DNA of 64,000 nt from Macrostomum lignano (taxonomy: Eukaryota). Location: positions 313,009-377,008 of the forward strand of contig NIVC01000654.1 of the NCBI GenBank assembly GCA_002269645.1. Reading direction: 5' to 3'. The position numbers were made by a program, and so were the translations under genes. This document shows positions 37,386 to 58,926 of this stretch, piece by piece; positions within the stretch are counted from its first letter, which is position 1; every line of letters starts with the position of its first letter. The notes beneath the pieces were generated by a model. The model was not told the origin of the DNA. It searched no databases and saw only the letters and a program-made list of their open reading frames with translations.

Positions 37386-40300
37386 ACAAAGATTCAGCTA
37401 GATGCAAATATTGATTGATAATGAATTTATTGCTTGGTAAAAGCAACATTTTACAATGTTTATCTGTATAAAAGAATTTTCAGGCGCGAGTTCGTGTTCA
37501 CCTGATCAGTAATGGTGCACTTCACTTACTTTTTTATCTGAACTGCACCATCTTCGATTGCGTTGGAAGCGCAGTGCGCTGATTTTTTTCGATTTTTTCG
37601 CGAATTTTTACTGTTATAAATATTACGAGTAATTGAGCACTGTATATGCGCCGTAGCTTAAGCCTGTAATTCTGATTTTTCGATCTGTTTGTAAATAAAT
37701 TCGGGCTTCTGTCAATAATTAAAATAGAATCAATTTCTAAGCGCAGTTTTATTAGATTAGTGTTTTATGTATTGACCAAATTTCGTTACTTTATTAAGGA
37801 GTTTTAGCCAGTTTTAGTGTTGAACAAAATATAGGCAGCACACTTTTGCCTAATTGTCCAATTTAAAAGGTTCTGTTGTACTTTAATTTAAGCTGTTATG
37901 GCTAAAATTCCTGTCGTTGACAGTAAACACAGTCTGGAAAGTTTTGCAACAACCATCGTATTTATTGCACTTTGTGTTGTAAATAATTTATGAGAGTGCT
38001 CACTCATTTGTCGTGTTGGGTAAATTGCGCGGTATTTGGTTTGGCTTTTAAGTAGATGGTGTCCACAATAATCCTGTGCTAATCCATATTATCACTAATT
38101 TGTTTTATAACGTCGCTTCTATAGCGCTTCCGATTGTCGCAAAACTATTAAATTTTGATTATAACAAATAAAGGTTTTTATTCTGTTGGATAAATTAATT
38201 TTTAAAAGAATCAGTTTGGCATTTTCGCGTCATAAAAATATTGAATTCGATAGAATAGCTATTTTATTGTCTTGTCTTAATTTCAGCTTTCAGCCAGACT
38301 GCATGCAACCTATTAGCAGCTTTTTTAGTGCTACGTGAACGACGGTCCTAACTGCCTTTATGCAATGAAATTTTGTTTAGTCAATATGTTAATTAATAGC
38401 ACGTACGGTTCATGGAGCTATGCACCTGTTTTATATAGCTTCTAACGCCAAAGTTGGCTTTTAGAATCGAAATTTATAGGACAGCTGGTGCGCCCTAGAA
38501 ACGAAATTAATTATATACACAATAAAATTACATTAGAATAGCAATCTACGACTAAGACCAATTGAATGCGATTTAATGCGATTATACAGAATACCATGCA
38601 GCTATGCACGCATCTTAGTCACTTGTATATAAGACGTTTAATGCAGTTCCTTTAAGCTCACATTTAAAGCTGTTAAAGTACAAGTGAAATGTACACGAAA
38701 ATGCATATGCATCTAAAGCATCTTAAACGCGGGCAGTCCCTCATCATTAACGTTAATGATATATGTCAATGACCAAAGACGAGAAGAAAGAACAAAAATA
38801 TAAGTCTGACGAGAAGTTACATCATAACGAATGTATTCGAATTCACCTAAATGCCTAATTAATCTCTTTGTTCATAACGATGATCATGCAAATTTAACAA
38901 CTTCTTACTAATGAACTTTAATATGTGAATTAAAATGGTGAACTTTATGCCCAGTTGTCAACGCGCTACATTTTTAGATATTTCTGTTCGGTTGTTGAAT
39001 TAACGAACGCAGAAACTAGATATAATTATCCGGGCGCCCAGTGGCACCAAAAGGGGTTTGGCCAATAGGAGGGCGGCTCGTATATTTATGCACGCGGGGA
39101 AGGAAAGTTCTGGAAAGACCGGGAGAGGGAAACTTCTGGAACTCGTAAACAAGTCCGCGGTGGAAGTTTCTAGAAACGTTGTCCCCGAACTATCTCTACG
39201 CATTGCATGCCTTTGCAAAACACAACAATTCATTGGCAAATGAGCATTTAAAAGCGTGTAAATATAACTACTCTTAGAAGGTTTTTTAGTGATTCTGAAA
39301 ATAGTCTGTACTGTACTTTGAAGAAATTTCCCTAGATGAAATCGTCATGCCATTTCTTAGCAGATCTGTCTGGAGCTTCTCGCTACGTTCTTGCAAGAAC
39401 GTAACAGATCTGCACTATTTAAATATATAGGCAGAACTTACAAGATCTGCAGGAAGATCTTGCACGGTCTGCACAAGCAGATCTTAGAAGATCTGGGCAG
39501 ATCTTGTAAGATGTATTAAGCTTTACCAATTGAATGCATTGTCCGTCTTATCAAATCTTCCCAGATCTGTTTAGTAATCCATTTATAAAACCCCAATGCA
39601 CTAATCTAATTCCAATAAAGAACACGAGTTATGACAGGACTTTCTTATTTGATTCTGCACTTTTAGTATTGTGCTAGTAAGCTGCCAGAACAAAAGCAAA
39701 TGTCATTGAACAATCAAAATAAAGTAGACATATTTATTTGTGAAAATGTAAACAAATACACATATGCTCATGAAATAAAACTTGTATGCACAAGGGAAAT
39801 AGCACAAGCAAAAAATAAGTCAACTTCAAAACAAAAGTTAAGCACACATTCAATAGAAGAAATACTAATGGTACAATGGACTAATGAAATTAGGGTGAGC
39901 AATACTTTTAGCAACTAAAAAATAGAAGCAGAAACATTTGAAAAAAACCAGGTGCATCTTTTACTACAATGTACAATTAAATAGGTTTGCAAATAATTGA
40001 AACTGAAAGAGTCCAGTACTGAAAGATTTTAAAGTCAATATTGCTAGAAAGCTTACTTTGTTATCAATAAAAGTAGGTCTATAAGAGCTCTTAGTAATAA
40101 TTTAGGGCTCTTTATCATGTTGCATTTTTACTTTAGGCTGGCTTCATTTTTTCTTTTAGCAATCATAGGATGCTTGCCACTTTGCCACTTGGTATAAAGA
40201 CAAGCTTGGAACCCATAAGTAGTAATGCCATATTGACCATGTAAAGTAGCAGCAATGAAAGGGAAAATTGTAGTAAAGTTCTGGGATTATAAACATTAAT

Positions 40301-40690
40301 ATTCAATTCAAAATAACTAAAATATAAAACAAATATTGTTGTTATATTTTTAAATAGTCAGAATAATAACTTTTGTAAAAGTTTTATGGTCTAATTAAAT
40401 TTAGACCTATGTTTTTCTTCTATTCTATATTTTTCATATTATTCATCTAGGCCTATCTAGCATAAATACTTTTAGATTTTAATATGGCTATATATATTTT
40501 TCAAATAGTAGGTCAAGGCTTAAGATAACTTTCTAACAACCATAAGCCTATATTTAAGCATCCAGGTTTAATTTTAATTCATAAAAACTATACCCTATAT
40601 AGCAATTACAATTTTTAGTAGAATAGGGCCTATTTTATTTTACAATAAAAATGATAAGCCTAGTACTAGTTATAACACTATTTACTAAAA

Positions 40691-43600
40691 GGGTAATTCC
40701 ACGAGATGATGGTCGTTGGGTTGGAGCAAATAATAATCAGTAATCATACAAAAGACAAACTAAATTGAGACTTTGTGAGTTCTATATTTATGGGCGTGAC
40801 CTCTAGATTGAGATGAGATACATTCTAAAGTCATTTGTCTTACTGTGTTGATTTAGCAGAGAGAAACTTTCGATGACGGTCGTTTTTGGTGAAAGTTTAT
40901 GTAACCAACTTTTTAACTCAAGTTTAAGATTTCTGCAAATCAGGCAAGTTTTTATCTCAATTGATCATTAATTGTAGTAAACAATAGCTAGATAAACAGT
41001 TACAAACAATTATTACATTTTAGTAGATAAGTTTAACTGTGTTGCACGTTTTTTCTTAAATGACGGTCGTTGACTGACGGTCGTTTGTTTCAAAAAAACG
41101 ACCGTCAGTTTTAAAAAATGTATCAGGATTCTCTATTTTTAGGTAAGATCTCGGTTAAAAGATTGTTTATAATCCATAGTTGTTCATATTAAAATTATAT
41201 AATGCTTGTCTAACCATAAAATTTATCATACCTGTTTCACATTTCAGATCAAACGTACTTATGCACCTTCAACAAAACATCACTTCATGATTGCACAACT
41301 CAACATATGATCATAAAGATGGACAGTCCTAATCTATTCAACAATTCAAAGAATAGATAACAATTAACAAAACCAAAGGCAAATACAGATTATTCGTTAG
41401 GCAATAAGCAGTAGTACCAATGGATAGTAAAAACGTCCTTAAAGCAGTTCAAAAATCTGAAAATTTAAAATGGCCACGCGAGTCGGTAGGCACAGGGGGC
41501 TGCAAAATAGTGAGGATGTCTTCGGCGGCGTAATAGATTGAGTCCTTCCTTCGAGGCCATACAAAGCTTCCACCACTCTTCACCATCACGTTAACTTTCC
41601 ACTCCATTTCAGGACCGGATTTGATCTCCTCAACTTGGCCTGGAAACGACTCTCCAAAATAGTTCACAAGGGCCCAACAGCCAACGGTGAGTTGCATAGC
41701 GATGGAACCCGGCTGACCAGGAGGCAGACCCTGAGTTTCAGGCCTGGTGCTTGGTGTTACTGAACTGGCTGCCACAGGGGCCCGGTGGCGGGTAGACTGC
41801 ACAGGGTTGAGTGCAGTTTCGGCCACCCCTGACAGCGCATAGCCTACTGCACGCGGAGCTGCAGATGTAGCCACCCAGCAGTGTAGCTTTTTTATGCCTG
41901 GAATCTGCCAGAAGAATTGAGGATGGACTTTCAGTAAATTTAATTGTATTACACTTAAATTTATTTTCTGCTACCGAATTCCAATATTATTGACTTTCAT
42001 TTTAAAATTACAGGTAGTGCATGTAAATACCTCAGGAGCAGCCAAAAGAGCTGGTTGAAATCGATCAGCATACTCCTGTTGGATGTCACACTTTTTAATC
42101 AGGTGACAGTCAATATCGCACTTTTCAACAACCCTAACGAAGTCTTCAGCGTCCTGGACGATAGCGTTGCGAGTTCTAACTTCGCACCAGGCAAAGCGCT
42201 TCAGAGTCCCACCGAGGCCATCGATAGCCCCCTTGCCATGGGACGTGGCGAAGAATTCCCACGACAACTCGGCCAGCTCGAACTCACGGCATGCCAATTC
42301 AGTAAAGTGGAACATGAACTTGTTCTTAAATTGGCTCGCAGGGCCGTCGCTCCAGAACCGGACCCGCTGGCCTGGTGTAGCGAACCTCTGGATAAGGGGA
42401 AAATTTATGCTTATATGGTTTTGTGTGACGCAAAAAACGGATTTTTAGAAAGTTTTCCAAAACTTTGGAATGAGTTTTCAAGTTATCGTATTACCCGAAG
42501 TAGGTAGGACAGAAGCACCGAAACTGTTGACTTCGTGTGGTCGGTTGAGTCGCTCACCAGGGCCAACATAATGGAGCAGGATTTGCGATAGACAGCAACG
42601 GTGAATATCGTCACCTGGTTTTGGCACCAGTAGGCTTGCTGTGTTGCATCCTGGTGCGCGCAGGTATAATTTTCACTAAAATCAAAGTGAAAAATTTGCT
42701 CGTCTTCAGCGAGAGCAGCCTTCCTATCGCGATAAGCGGCCGACTGGTGCACTCTGGTCCTCTCATGGACAATAAATTTGGGCAGCAACGCCAGCAGGAG
42801 CTTGTGAGCCGTGTCGACTGTGACGGCTCGGGCATCTTGCTCCATTCGCTGCGACTGCTCGTTGCGCTGCCAGAAGCGGAAGGTGACCCCATCCTCTAAA
42901 ACCTCAGGGTCAGGATTGGGGATGCGATGACTATCCGAGCTGCTGCACACATCGCACAAGCCAACGGCGCACCGTGGGGTGGCAGGATTACAGTAGACAA
43001 CCGTGGCTAGCCAATCTGATGAATAGGCTGGAAGCCTGGTGACCTGCGACAGCGCATTGCAGACGCTGGAAAAATACAGAGGTTACATGTATGAATAAAA
43101 TTTTTACTTTAATGGTTTTTTACTGGTTGATTTATCAATTTAAGTTGTAAAGTACCTTTTAAAATTCTCGTGTTCGAGGCAACAGCACGAATAGACCGGC
43201 GTGTTGCCGAAAGGCACAACATGCTTCGGGCGCAGCTCACAAAACTTTGACAGCGAGACAATGTGCCCTGATTCGCGACTGAACAGGTTATGCACCTCCT
43301 TAAGACTCATTAAGAGGTACCGCTTCTGAATGGGTTCATTATCGACACGCACATATTCCTTCCGACCAGGAGAACACTGGGAAATGTCATCCCTTAGGAA
43401 GAAATTTGTGACGTCCATAATGACCTCATCCGGTAGACGGCACCTCACAATGGGCTTCGGAAGTGGCAGACTGTTCTCTTGAACCAGGCGCATCAGAATC
43501 GTCTGTCGCCTTGAAGGGGTCCTTGGAAGTGCATCGCGAGCCCTATGATTGAGAAGTGTGGGTAGACGAATGTACATAATGCAGTTTTCAGAATTAGAAA

Positions 43601-44905
43601 CCACATGTATTAATCAGTTTAATCAAGGAAATGAAAAATCAGATGTCCAAAGTAGAGGCTCTGTATATTTTTACTTACTTGTTCAATGCACGAGAAGTCG
43701 CCTGCTTCGTTTTATATGCATCCTGTGCATCGGGCTCAGGAACAGCAGCATCAGCAGCAGCCTTCTGGCGTGCACACCAGGCCTGGTAGCGCAATCTGCC
43801 CTGCTCACGCTCCTTCTTTATTGTTGCCTCCGATTTCTGCTGCTTCCGGCGGCGAGCACTTCGCAGCCTTTCCTTTTCTTTAAGAGTGCCAGCATGTTTT
43901 ATGCGATAGTTTTTACTATTTAATGCCTGGCTTTTTTTTGGACGTGGCATGATTAAAGACTAAGACTTGACGTCTAGTTAGACTACTAATGCTGAAGATT
44001 AAGGCATGTGTTAAGGTGCAGTGCAAACTAAAGTGGAGAGTTCTAGGTGCATGGTTAGTAATTTGAACAAACTTTTTAATAGCGCAGGTTGAAAATGATT
44101 TTAAGGTATCAAACAAGTAATTGACACTTATACATTTTTAATGAAAGACTTGAATTCCAGTATATTTTTCTTTACAATCAAAACTGTACAAACTTTGAAA
44201 TAGAAATTGAATAAGTAATTCACATTTTAAAAAGACATGATTTTAAAATATCAGTAAATTCAGTTTTTTGTATAAAATTTAGGAATAAATGATAGTAATT
44301 CAGGTTTTATGAAGATCAACAGATTTTAGAATACCAGAAAATGATGGTCGTTAGGTAACTTTGCAGGGTTTTTTTAGCATGTTACACTTATCATACACTA
44401 ACAAAAATGACTATAAACTTAAATATAGGCTTGGAAAACATTTTAGCAAAAAATTATCAACTTATAAACCTCTTGAAAATTAGTACAACAACTTTTTGTA
44501 AAAAAAATGATGGTCGTTTTTAACACTTGGAAAAAGGAAGTCAAACTTTTTAAAATATAAAATTATGATAGATAGAACTATATTAGATCATAAAACTTTA
44601 TAATTTCAGTCTTTAGATATAAGAAAGAAAGATTTTTATTATTTATGCACTTGATGCATTATGTTTATTAACTTTTTTTCTTGTTGAAAACTAGATTAAC
44701 TTTTTATAATGTCCCGCGGGACATTTAAAATCTTGCAAGGGTACCATGATCAAAACAAAATATTTATACCTAGAGGTAGATAAATGTGTATGAAACTACA
44801 TAAAAATGAAACTATACATAATTATATGCAAATTGAAATATTCACGTTTGCAAATAATTAAAAAAAAATTTCTATACCTTTGATGACCCTATCATGGAAT
44901 AACCC
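40691..44905 (-). mobile_element. Complete Sola-like (Sola2-type termini) DNA transposon, 4215 bp
   Basis: Termini GGGTAATTCCA / TGGAATAACCC; 4-bp TSD AAAA; repeated subterminal TGA(C/T)GGTCGTT motif; internal transposase gene. Confidence 0.8.
41449..43950 (-). CDS. Transposase, 680 aa, 5 exons, no stop or frameshift after splicing
   Basis: Exons 43950-43679, 43542-43156, 43065-42495, 42387-42031, 41904-41449 sum to 2043 nt. Motifs FDFSENY, WSDGPASQFKN and FFATSHGKGAIDGLGG (DDD triad). Confidence 0.85.
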
Positions 44906-47147
44906 AAAAGTAGACATTACACTCTTAACCTAAGTGTTTAAAATCAAGGAGGGATTAAAACCAAGTTTTACAGATATGTCAGTCTACCTATTTATAAATC
45001 TAGATAAGCATTTATAAAACAAACAAAAACAGAGTAGACCTATTTAATTAAGATTTACTTACTAGCTAGGTCACTAGAACTAGCCTAGCCCTAGCCTAGG
45101 GGCTAGAACTAGGTATGTATGTATAAATATAATATAATGAAATGCAAAAGACTACAAAAATACTGATCTATGTTAGTGTATGTAACTGAATTTCTGAATT
45201 ATTAATGGTAATGGAATAATGAATTATTAATGGACAATATCGCTAGGTCTAGACATGCATTCTGTTTTTATTAAAGCATAGAACAAAGTCATAGGCCTAG
45301 GCCTACTCATACTTATAGGCCTGGGAGTAGGAGACAAGCCTAGATATATATATAGATATAGATATATATATAGCATACTGCATACATTTTATAGTCAGTC
45401 TGTCAATTATGTCAAACTTTTTTTTAATTGATGACGCGATCTGCTCTTCATTTAAAGCCGTAGCTATACTCAATCAACAAAGTTATTATGGCTAAAAAAT
45501 AGTGATACCACACTATGATACAATTTAAGGAATTAAAAATTACGTATTCGGCCAAGTCAAAAGAAAGAACTGAGATGGATGGATAAATTGCAAGAGCGAG
45601 AATTCAAACTATAAGGGTGCACTATGTTCAGAACTGCGGAAAAAATATTTAAACAAATTCATTTACTGTTGGCTGCCAAAAGAACAACTAAAATAAATAA
45701 AAATCATTAAACAAACGTAATTACTAATAATTTAAATATTTTGTGGAAAAAACAATTCAGACACTTTTCAAAACTGGTCTGTACAGATCTGCAAGAACTG
45801 ATCTGACAAGATCCAGCAGAGAAATGTGAAAATATATGAAAGTCTTTTTCTGATATACAGTTGGAAATTTTGTTTTCTCTTTACCTAAGAAGTATTTTCT
45901 AAAAAATCACAAAAGTTTTTAACGTACCAAACAATAAAAAATGGCTTGCAAAGATTTGCAGTAAGATCTTGTAAGACAAAAGCAGATACAGATCTGCTAA
46001 GAGATTTAAGTAAAAACAGATCTGTTAAGAATGTTAACCAAAATTCACAGATCTGTTAAGAAATTTAAGTAAGAACAGATCTGCCAAGAATGAGTGAACA
46101 GAACTTCATCTAGGGTTATTCTAGAATAATTCCAGAATCAAACACCTGCAAGATCTTAAAACAACTCTTATTAACTTATCGGGCAGATGTAACTAATAAG
46201 ATCAGATGACATGTGATCTGCAATTGGAGTACAGATCTATTCAGAAATCACAAGGTGAGTGAACAGAATGTTCTCTAGGGGTTATTCTTACTTTTAATAG
46301 TATTATACATGTACATACAAATTTTTAAAACTAAATATTTAATACTTTTTTAGCTGTAAATCCCTTTTGATGTACCTCTGTGTTTCGCTAAAGCTTGAAA
46401 AGCAAATACAGTGCATTATGGAAGTCTGTTTTGGAAAAGGGCAAGATTTTTGTATTTTCTATGTTAACTTAACGGATTAACACTTACAGTACGTTTCTCA
46501 GTTAGCTCGTAACTTTCAGTTAACTTAACGAAATTAAAAGTTAATAAGTTAAGACTTTTTACCGCTAATGCTTATGCCATTAAAGGAAGTTAAGATTTTC
46601 ATTAACGATGTCTAATGCAACACTTTTATTTTTAATAACACGTTATTGCAAGCTTTAGAAGTTAATTAATATTCAATGATCGACGACTTTTATGGTGGGT
46701 TCCGTGTTTTAACGCATTTCCCTGCTATTAATTAATACCTTTGTAGGTTTTACGCATTTATTTCAGTTTAAATAGTGTATCCACCCCTTAGTAAACGTTA
46801 ACGTTGGGAAATTCTGACTGAAACCCGATAGATGCAACAAAATATATGTACGCATGTACCATGATTCAAAATTGCCGGATCGTTTAACGATAATAAGCAA
46901 AATAAAAACAAAACAATAAAGAATTTATGAGAAATCAGGCCGGTTTTTTAATACATGGTTAAAAACGCTTTAGAATGTTATGTATGTACATATTTTTTTA
47001 TAATACTTACAAGTATAATGTGTTTATTTACTGTTAATTGGCGCGGTTTTAGTTCCTTTTCTATAGATTATTACCATAAAAAATTTATCAATAACTACAG
47101 AAAATTTGGAACCATTGTTAACACTTTCTGGCAGACAAACAGCAACA

Positions 47148-47534
47148 ATGCCGCTCTTTGGAAGCAAGTATGTGGTTCCTAATTTTTCACGTAAAAAGTC
47201 TAGCTCCCTATCAAGCATTAATCTTCAAGAAGAGCGAAATCGACAGCTCGTCGACCTGCCGAATAAGAAGCTTCAAGTGAATCTCGATGGCAATAAGCTG
47301 ACATTTGAAAACGGTCTTTGGATTAACGAGTCACACGGAAGCCTTCAAAATCAACGCGACTACCTAGACCTTGCTAAGCGGAATGAACAACTGGAAGAGC
47401 AGAATAACCTGCTGAAGTTGAAGGTCGACCTACTGTTAGACATGTTAACTGAAACAACTGCAGAAATTCACTTGCAAGAGACCGAAATCAAGCAGCTTCG
47501 CGATATGCAGCGGAAAAGCAAGGCTAAGAACTAA
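47148..47534 (+). CDS. CBY1: Chibby family protein (beta-catenin antagonist / basal body), single coding exon
   Basis: MPLFGS.., RKKSSSLSSI, LTFENGLWI, NEQLEEQNNLLKLKVDLLLDMLTETTAE. Confidence 0.92.
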   Translation: MPLFGSKYVVPNFSRKKSSSLSSINLQEERNRQLVDLPNKKLQVNLDGNKLTFENGLWINESHGSLQNQRDYLDLAKRNEQLEEQNNLLKLKVDLLLDMLTETTAEIHLQETEIKQLRDMQRKSKAKN

Positions 47535-49218
47535 ATTGGGGCGAGGCTTGTGCTTGACCAGCTATTTTAGCCAATCAAACATACAGTAATTCAATTGTCT
47601 GAACAGTTTGTTTAGAGTAGCAAGGTGACATGCTAAGTTTAGCTACTTGTGCATGTTAGTGTCAACCATTTCAAGTTATAAATAGGCAAGTTCATGTTTT
47701 TAGTGTAAAATATAGTACCTTTGTTTGCTTGCAGGTCAAGCAATAATATTAAATGAAACTATAGTAATTTAGTAGTGTTTACTGCTTTATAATAAGCAAT
47801 ATAACTCATCCAAAATGAAGACTTTTCTCAACATACCAAGTTAAAGGTGAATACAACTTTATGTTTTGTTTTTTAATTATAAACAAATTATTACTTTTTT
47901 ATTACACAAGACATGTGTATTTTATCGATCACAATTATTTTTCTTTTAGGTATACCATTAGCTTATAAAATACTTTTGATAATTTTTAAAGCACTAAAAC
48001 TTAGTTTAACTTTTTAATTTGGTACTACCATTACCAAGCAACATTTTGTTGATATATAGTTTTAGGGAATCAATTGTATTAAGTAAGCTATATTATTCTC
48101 ATGTATTCTAAAGTAAAGTTCAGTTGATTGTTTTTTTGTTTAAATGTGTTTAATGTATGTAATCTAATTATTAAAATATAATTGGACCAAATGTATATTG
48201 AATACATTTTTGAAAAATGCTTTTGTACCAGCATTCAAATCCTGTTTAAATTTTCTTTATGTATTTTTTGACATTTATTAGAGAAAGAAAAGAAATGAAG
48301 CAGAATGACAACACACATGAAACATTTAATTTATTGATCCAACATGAGCTGAAGTGTCTGGAGTATGCAGCTCAGCAGAGATACAAATATAAGTATGATT
48401 TTATATTCATACCGAATATGCACTTTTAAAAATCAGTATTGTATTTTAAATTTTCGCATCGTACAAGTTATAAACTGTTTGAGAAACATAGAAAAAATGA
48501 AACAACAGATTTGCACAAGCAGATAACTTTAACAGAGTACGCTTGTATTGTTGATTTTTACTAATACACGTACATAATTTCAATTTAGTTACGAGTCAAC
48601 ATCTTGCGAAGATGACGTCACAGGATTAGAAGCCGAATTTTCCGGTGTTTTATCTTCTGTTTCCTTTGTTAAGTCGGAGTCGGACTGCAATTTAGAAAAA
48701 TAAATTTTATTATTAGGTCAGCGTAGAAAATTTAATAAAACTAATGGACTAGATAATTGTATCGATAACGTGTTCGTTATATCGATCGATTTGTAGACCG
48801 CAGAGTTGCCAGATCTTTTGCAAAGCAACAAAAACTGGCAATAGCTTCCATTGTCACAGAGTCTCCGAATTGGCATTTTCTCTAATTTCTCTAAAATAAA
48901 ATTAAAAAGCGGGTTTTTTAAGGAGACAGAAGAATTAAATTTAGGCTCATTAATTATATTTTTTGTTTTAGCTATATTCATATAGAAACATCGAGGTGTC
49001 ACGCGACTCTCCGTACTGTCCTCGTAACTCCACTAGTATATATGGAACTACTAGTGAGTAGTAGTGTGTGTTTCGGTTGTCTCTAAAATACGATAGAATT
49101 GAGGAATCAAACAATTTATCTTATTAAAGTACCTAAAAACAGGAATTGAGGATTCGAAGTTATAATGCCAATTTTGCAGCTTAATGTGAGGATAATTTTA
49201 ACAGTTTAGAACTGCCAA

Positions 49219-55959
<6,741 letters not shown>

Positions 55960-56084
55960 GAGCAGCGGTGGCGACGCGATTTTTTGGCATTTTCATACGC
56001 TTGTATAGGATGGGGGATTTTGGTAGCTTGAAATCATGGGCTGTGGATCGGTGTAGCTGGAGTCTGGATTCTTAATTCAGACAA

Positions 56085-57150
<1,066 letters not shown>

Positions 57151-58926
57151 AATCAGACTCCATCCCTACTAAAAATCAAGTCAACCTAAATAAGACACGA
57201 TGATATAACTACTAGATATAACTATAACTAAATAGCCATAATAACAGAAGTGGCACTGTTTATGATTAAAACTATTTTAAAGCTGAAGTACGAACAAAGC
57301 ACTCATCGAGTTGTCCTATTAAGCCTGTAAATAACGCTTTCCAAATCAGCTGAGACGTAGGCAAGAAAATAAAGGCAAAGCTAATTAAAAGCAGAATTAC
57401 TTGATGAGTATAAATTAGCAAGCAGCTTTATTTATAACAACTGAAACTGAGTACACAATAACAGAAAAAAGCACCAGAGCAGCAGACCGGAAATCAACCG
57501 GAAAATTAAAACAAGCACGCGAAAGAGGAAACTGGCCAGCATTGAAATTAAGCTGTCTGAAGGAACTGAAAAAGCATAGTTGGTACGATACCAATGCTAT
57601 AATTTTGGCGAAAAGAATGATCTTGAACACCGGCATATGCAAATTACAAACTTAAAAAGCTGTAAAACGAAACAGATAAATTTATATTAAATATAGTTTA
57701 AACCAGAATTAAATTAATTTGGCAAACAATCAGGGAAAAGAAAATAGGGAAAAGAAAATTAGGGAAAAATAAACTGTAATACGAAGCATATGAAGCAACT
57801 ATTAATACTATATGAACATAGTACCTAAGCAGAAAAACTGGACGAACTGATAACTGATAATTGTATTGAAGAAGCTGAAGAATCAAACAAAAAATAGTTG
57901 CAGAATAAAAGCAAACAAAATATGCAGCAAAATATATAAACGCAACGAGTTTTCTAAAGCAACAAATAAATTAATAAAAATAAATGCCTACAAGCACCCA
58001 AGAAAGTAACTATAGTTGTACTTTTGGATGGAATACATGTAGCAGATACTAAACGCATGTAAAAATGACTAACATATTTGTTGTGAATTTTTTTCTTGTC
58101 TAGCGTAATTGCGTTCGTTTAGCGGAACAGAATTACAAACTGGTAGAGACAAAATGAGGGTACAATATTGGTAAAAAGCCAAAGGAAATGTTTTAATTGC
58201 TTATCTACTTTATTAACGGGTACCAATTAGAGCTTATATAGTTTGGTTGTAAAAGTAACGGATAAAAGGGTTGCACTAGTGACACAACAGCACATTAAAA
58301 AGATGAGCCATTTTATTATCGATTTTTTTGAAAAAGCCACCTCACCTCCAACCCGCCCCATAGCGCGTGCAGGACGGTTGAGGCTTATCGATTTTTTAGG
58401 CTCCTTACCCCAGTCCCCCCCGCCACGTACTATAAACACAAAGCGCGTGCCAGGGGTTTGAGGCTTATCGATTTTTCTAGTCGACCGTACCATAAACCGG
58501 CTAACAGTTTTCTACCCCTAGGCCGGCATCCCAAAACCCATTTAAAAGCTTAGGACTTGTGCGCGCTTTAGTCAAGGCCTACTTAAGTAACTATGTTTCC
58601 TAGAAAATGTTTGAGGCGGGTTTTTGCCACCCAAAAACACATCCAAAGTTGTATTTTCCGTCTACTTAAGTAGTCCTTGGGTTTAGTTTTAATCGGCTTA
58701 AAGATACATATTGCAATGTATTTAGAAACGGGAGATTAAATAATGTTTTTTATTGTTTGCGTTTAAAGTTTGAAGAGAAGACGACAAATATTTTGAAAAG
58801 TAGACTTGAATACGAAACGCGTTAGCAATGCGTGAGCGCCAACATAAAAGGCTACAGGCCAGCAGAAAAGCTTGAACGGGATAAAGATTGGCTTGAAAAA
58901 CTAAAACTAAAGTAAACACAGGTATA

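Larger units (their letters stand above)
39330..46115. mobile_element. Putative AGATCT-rich foldback non-autonomous element hosting the Sola-like insertion
   Basis: CCCTAGATGAA..TTAGCAGATCTG at 39330 mirrors CAGATCTGCCAAGAA..TTCATCTAGGG at 46115; clusters of AGATCT at 39.35-39.57 kb and 45.78-46.24 kb; no convincing TSD. Confidence 0.4.

Noticed and set aside
58300-58500. Three TTATCGATTTT motifs (DRE-like)
   Set aside because: Not the exact TATCGATA consensus and located 3' of MCPH1; more likely a degenerate repeat.
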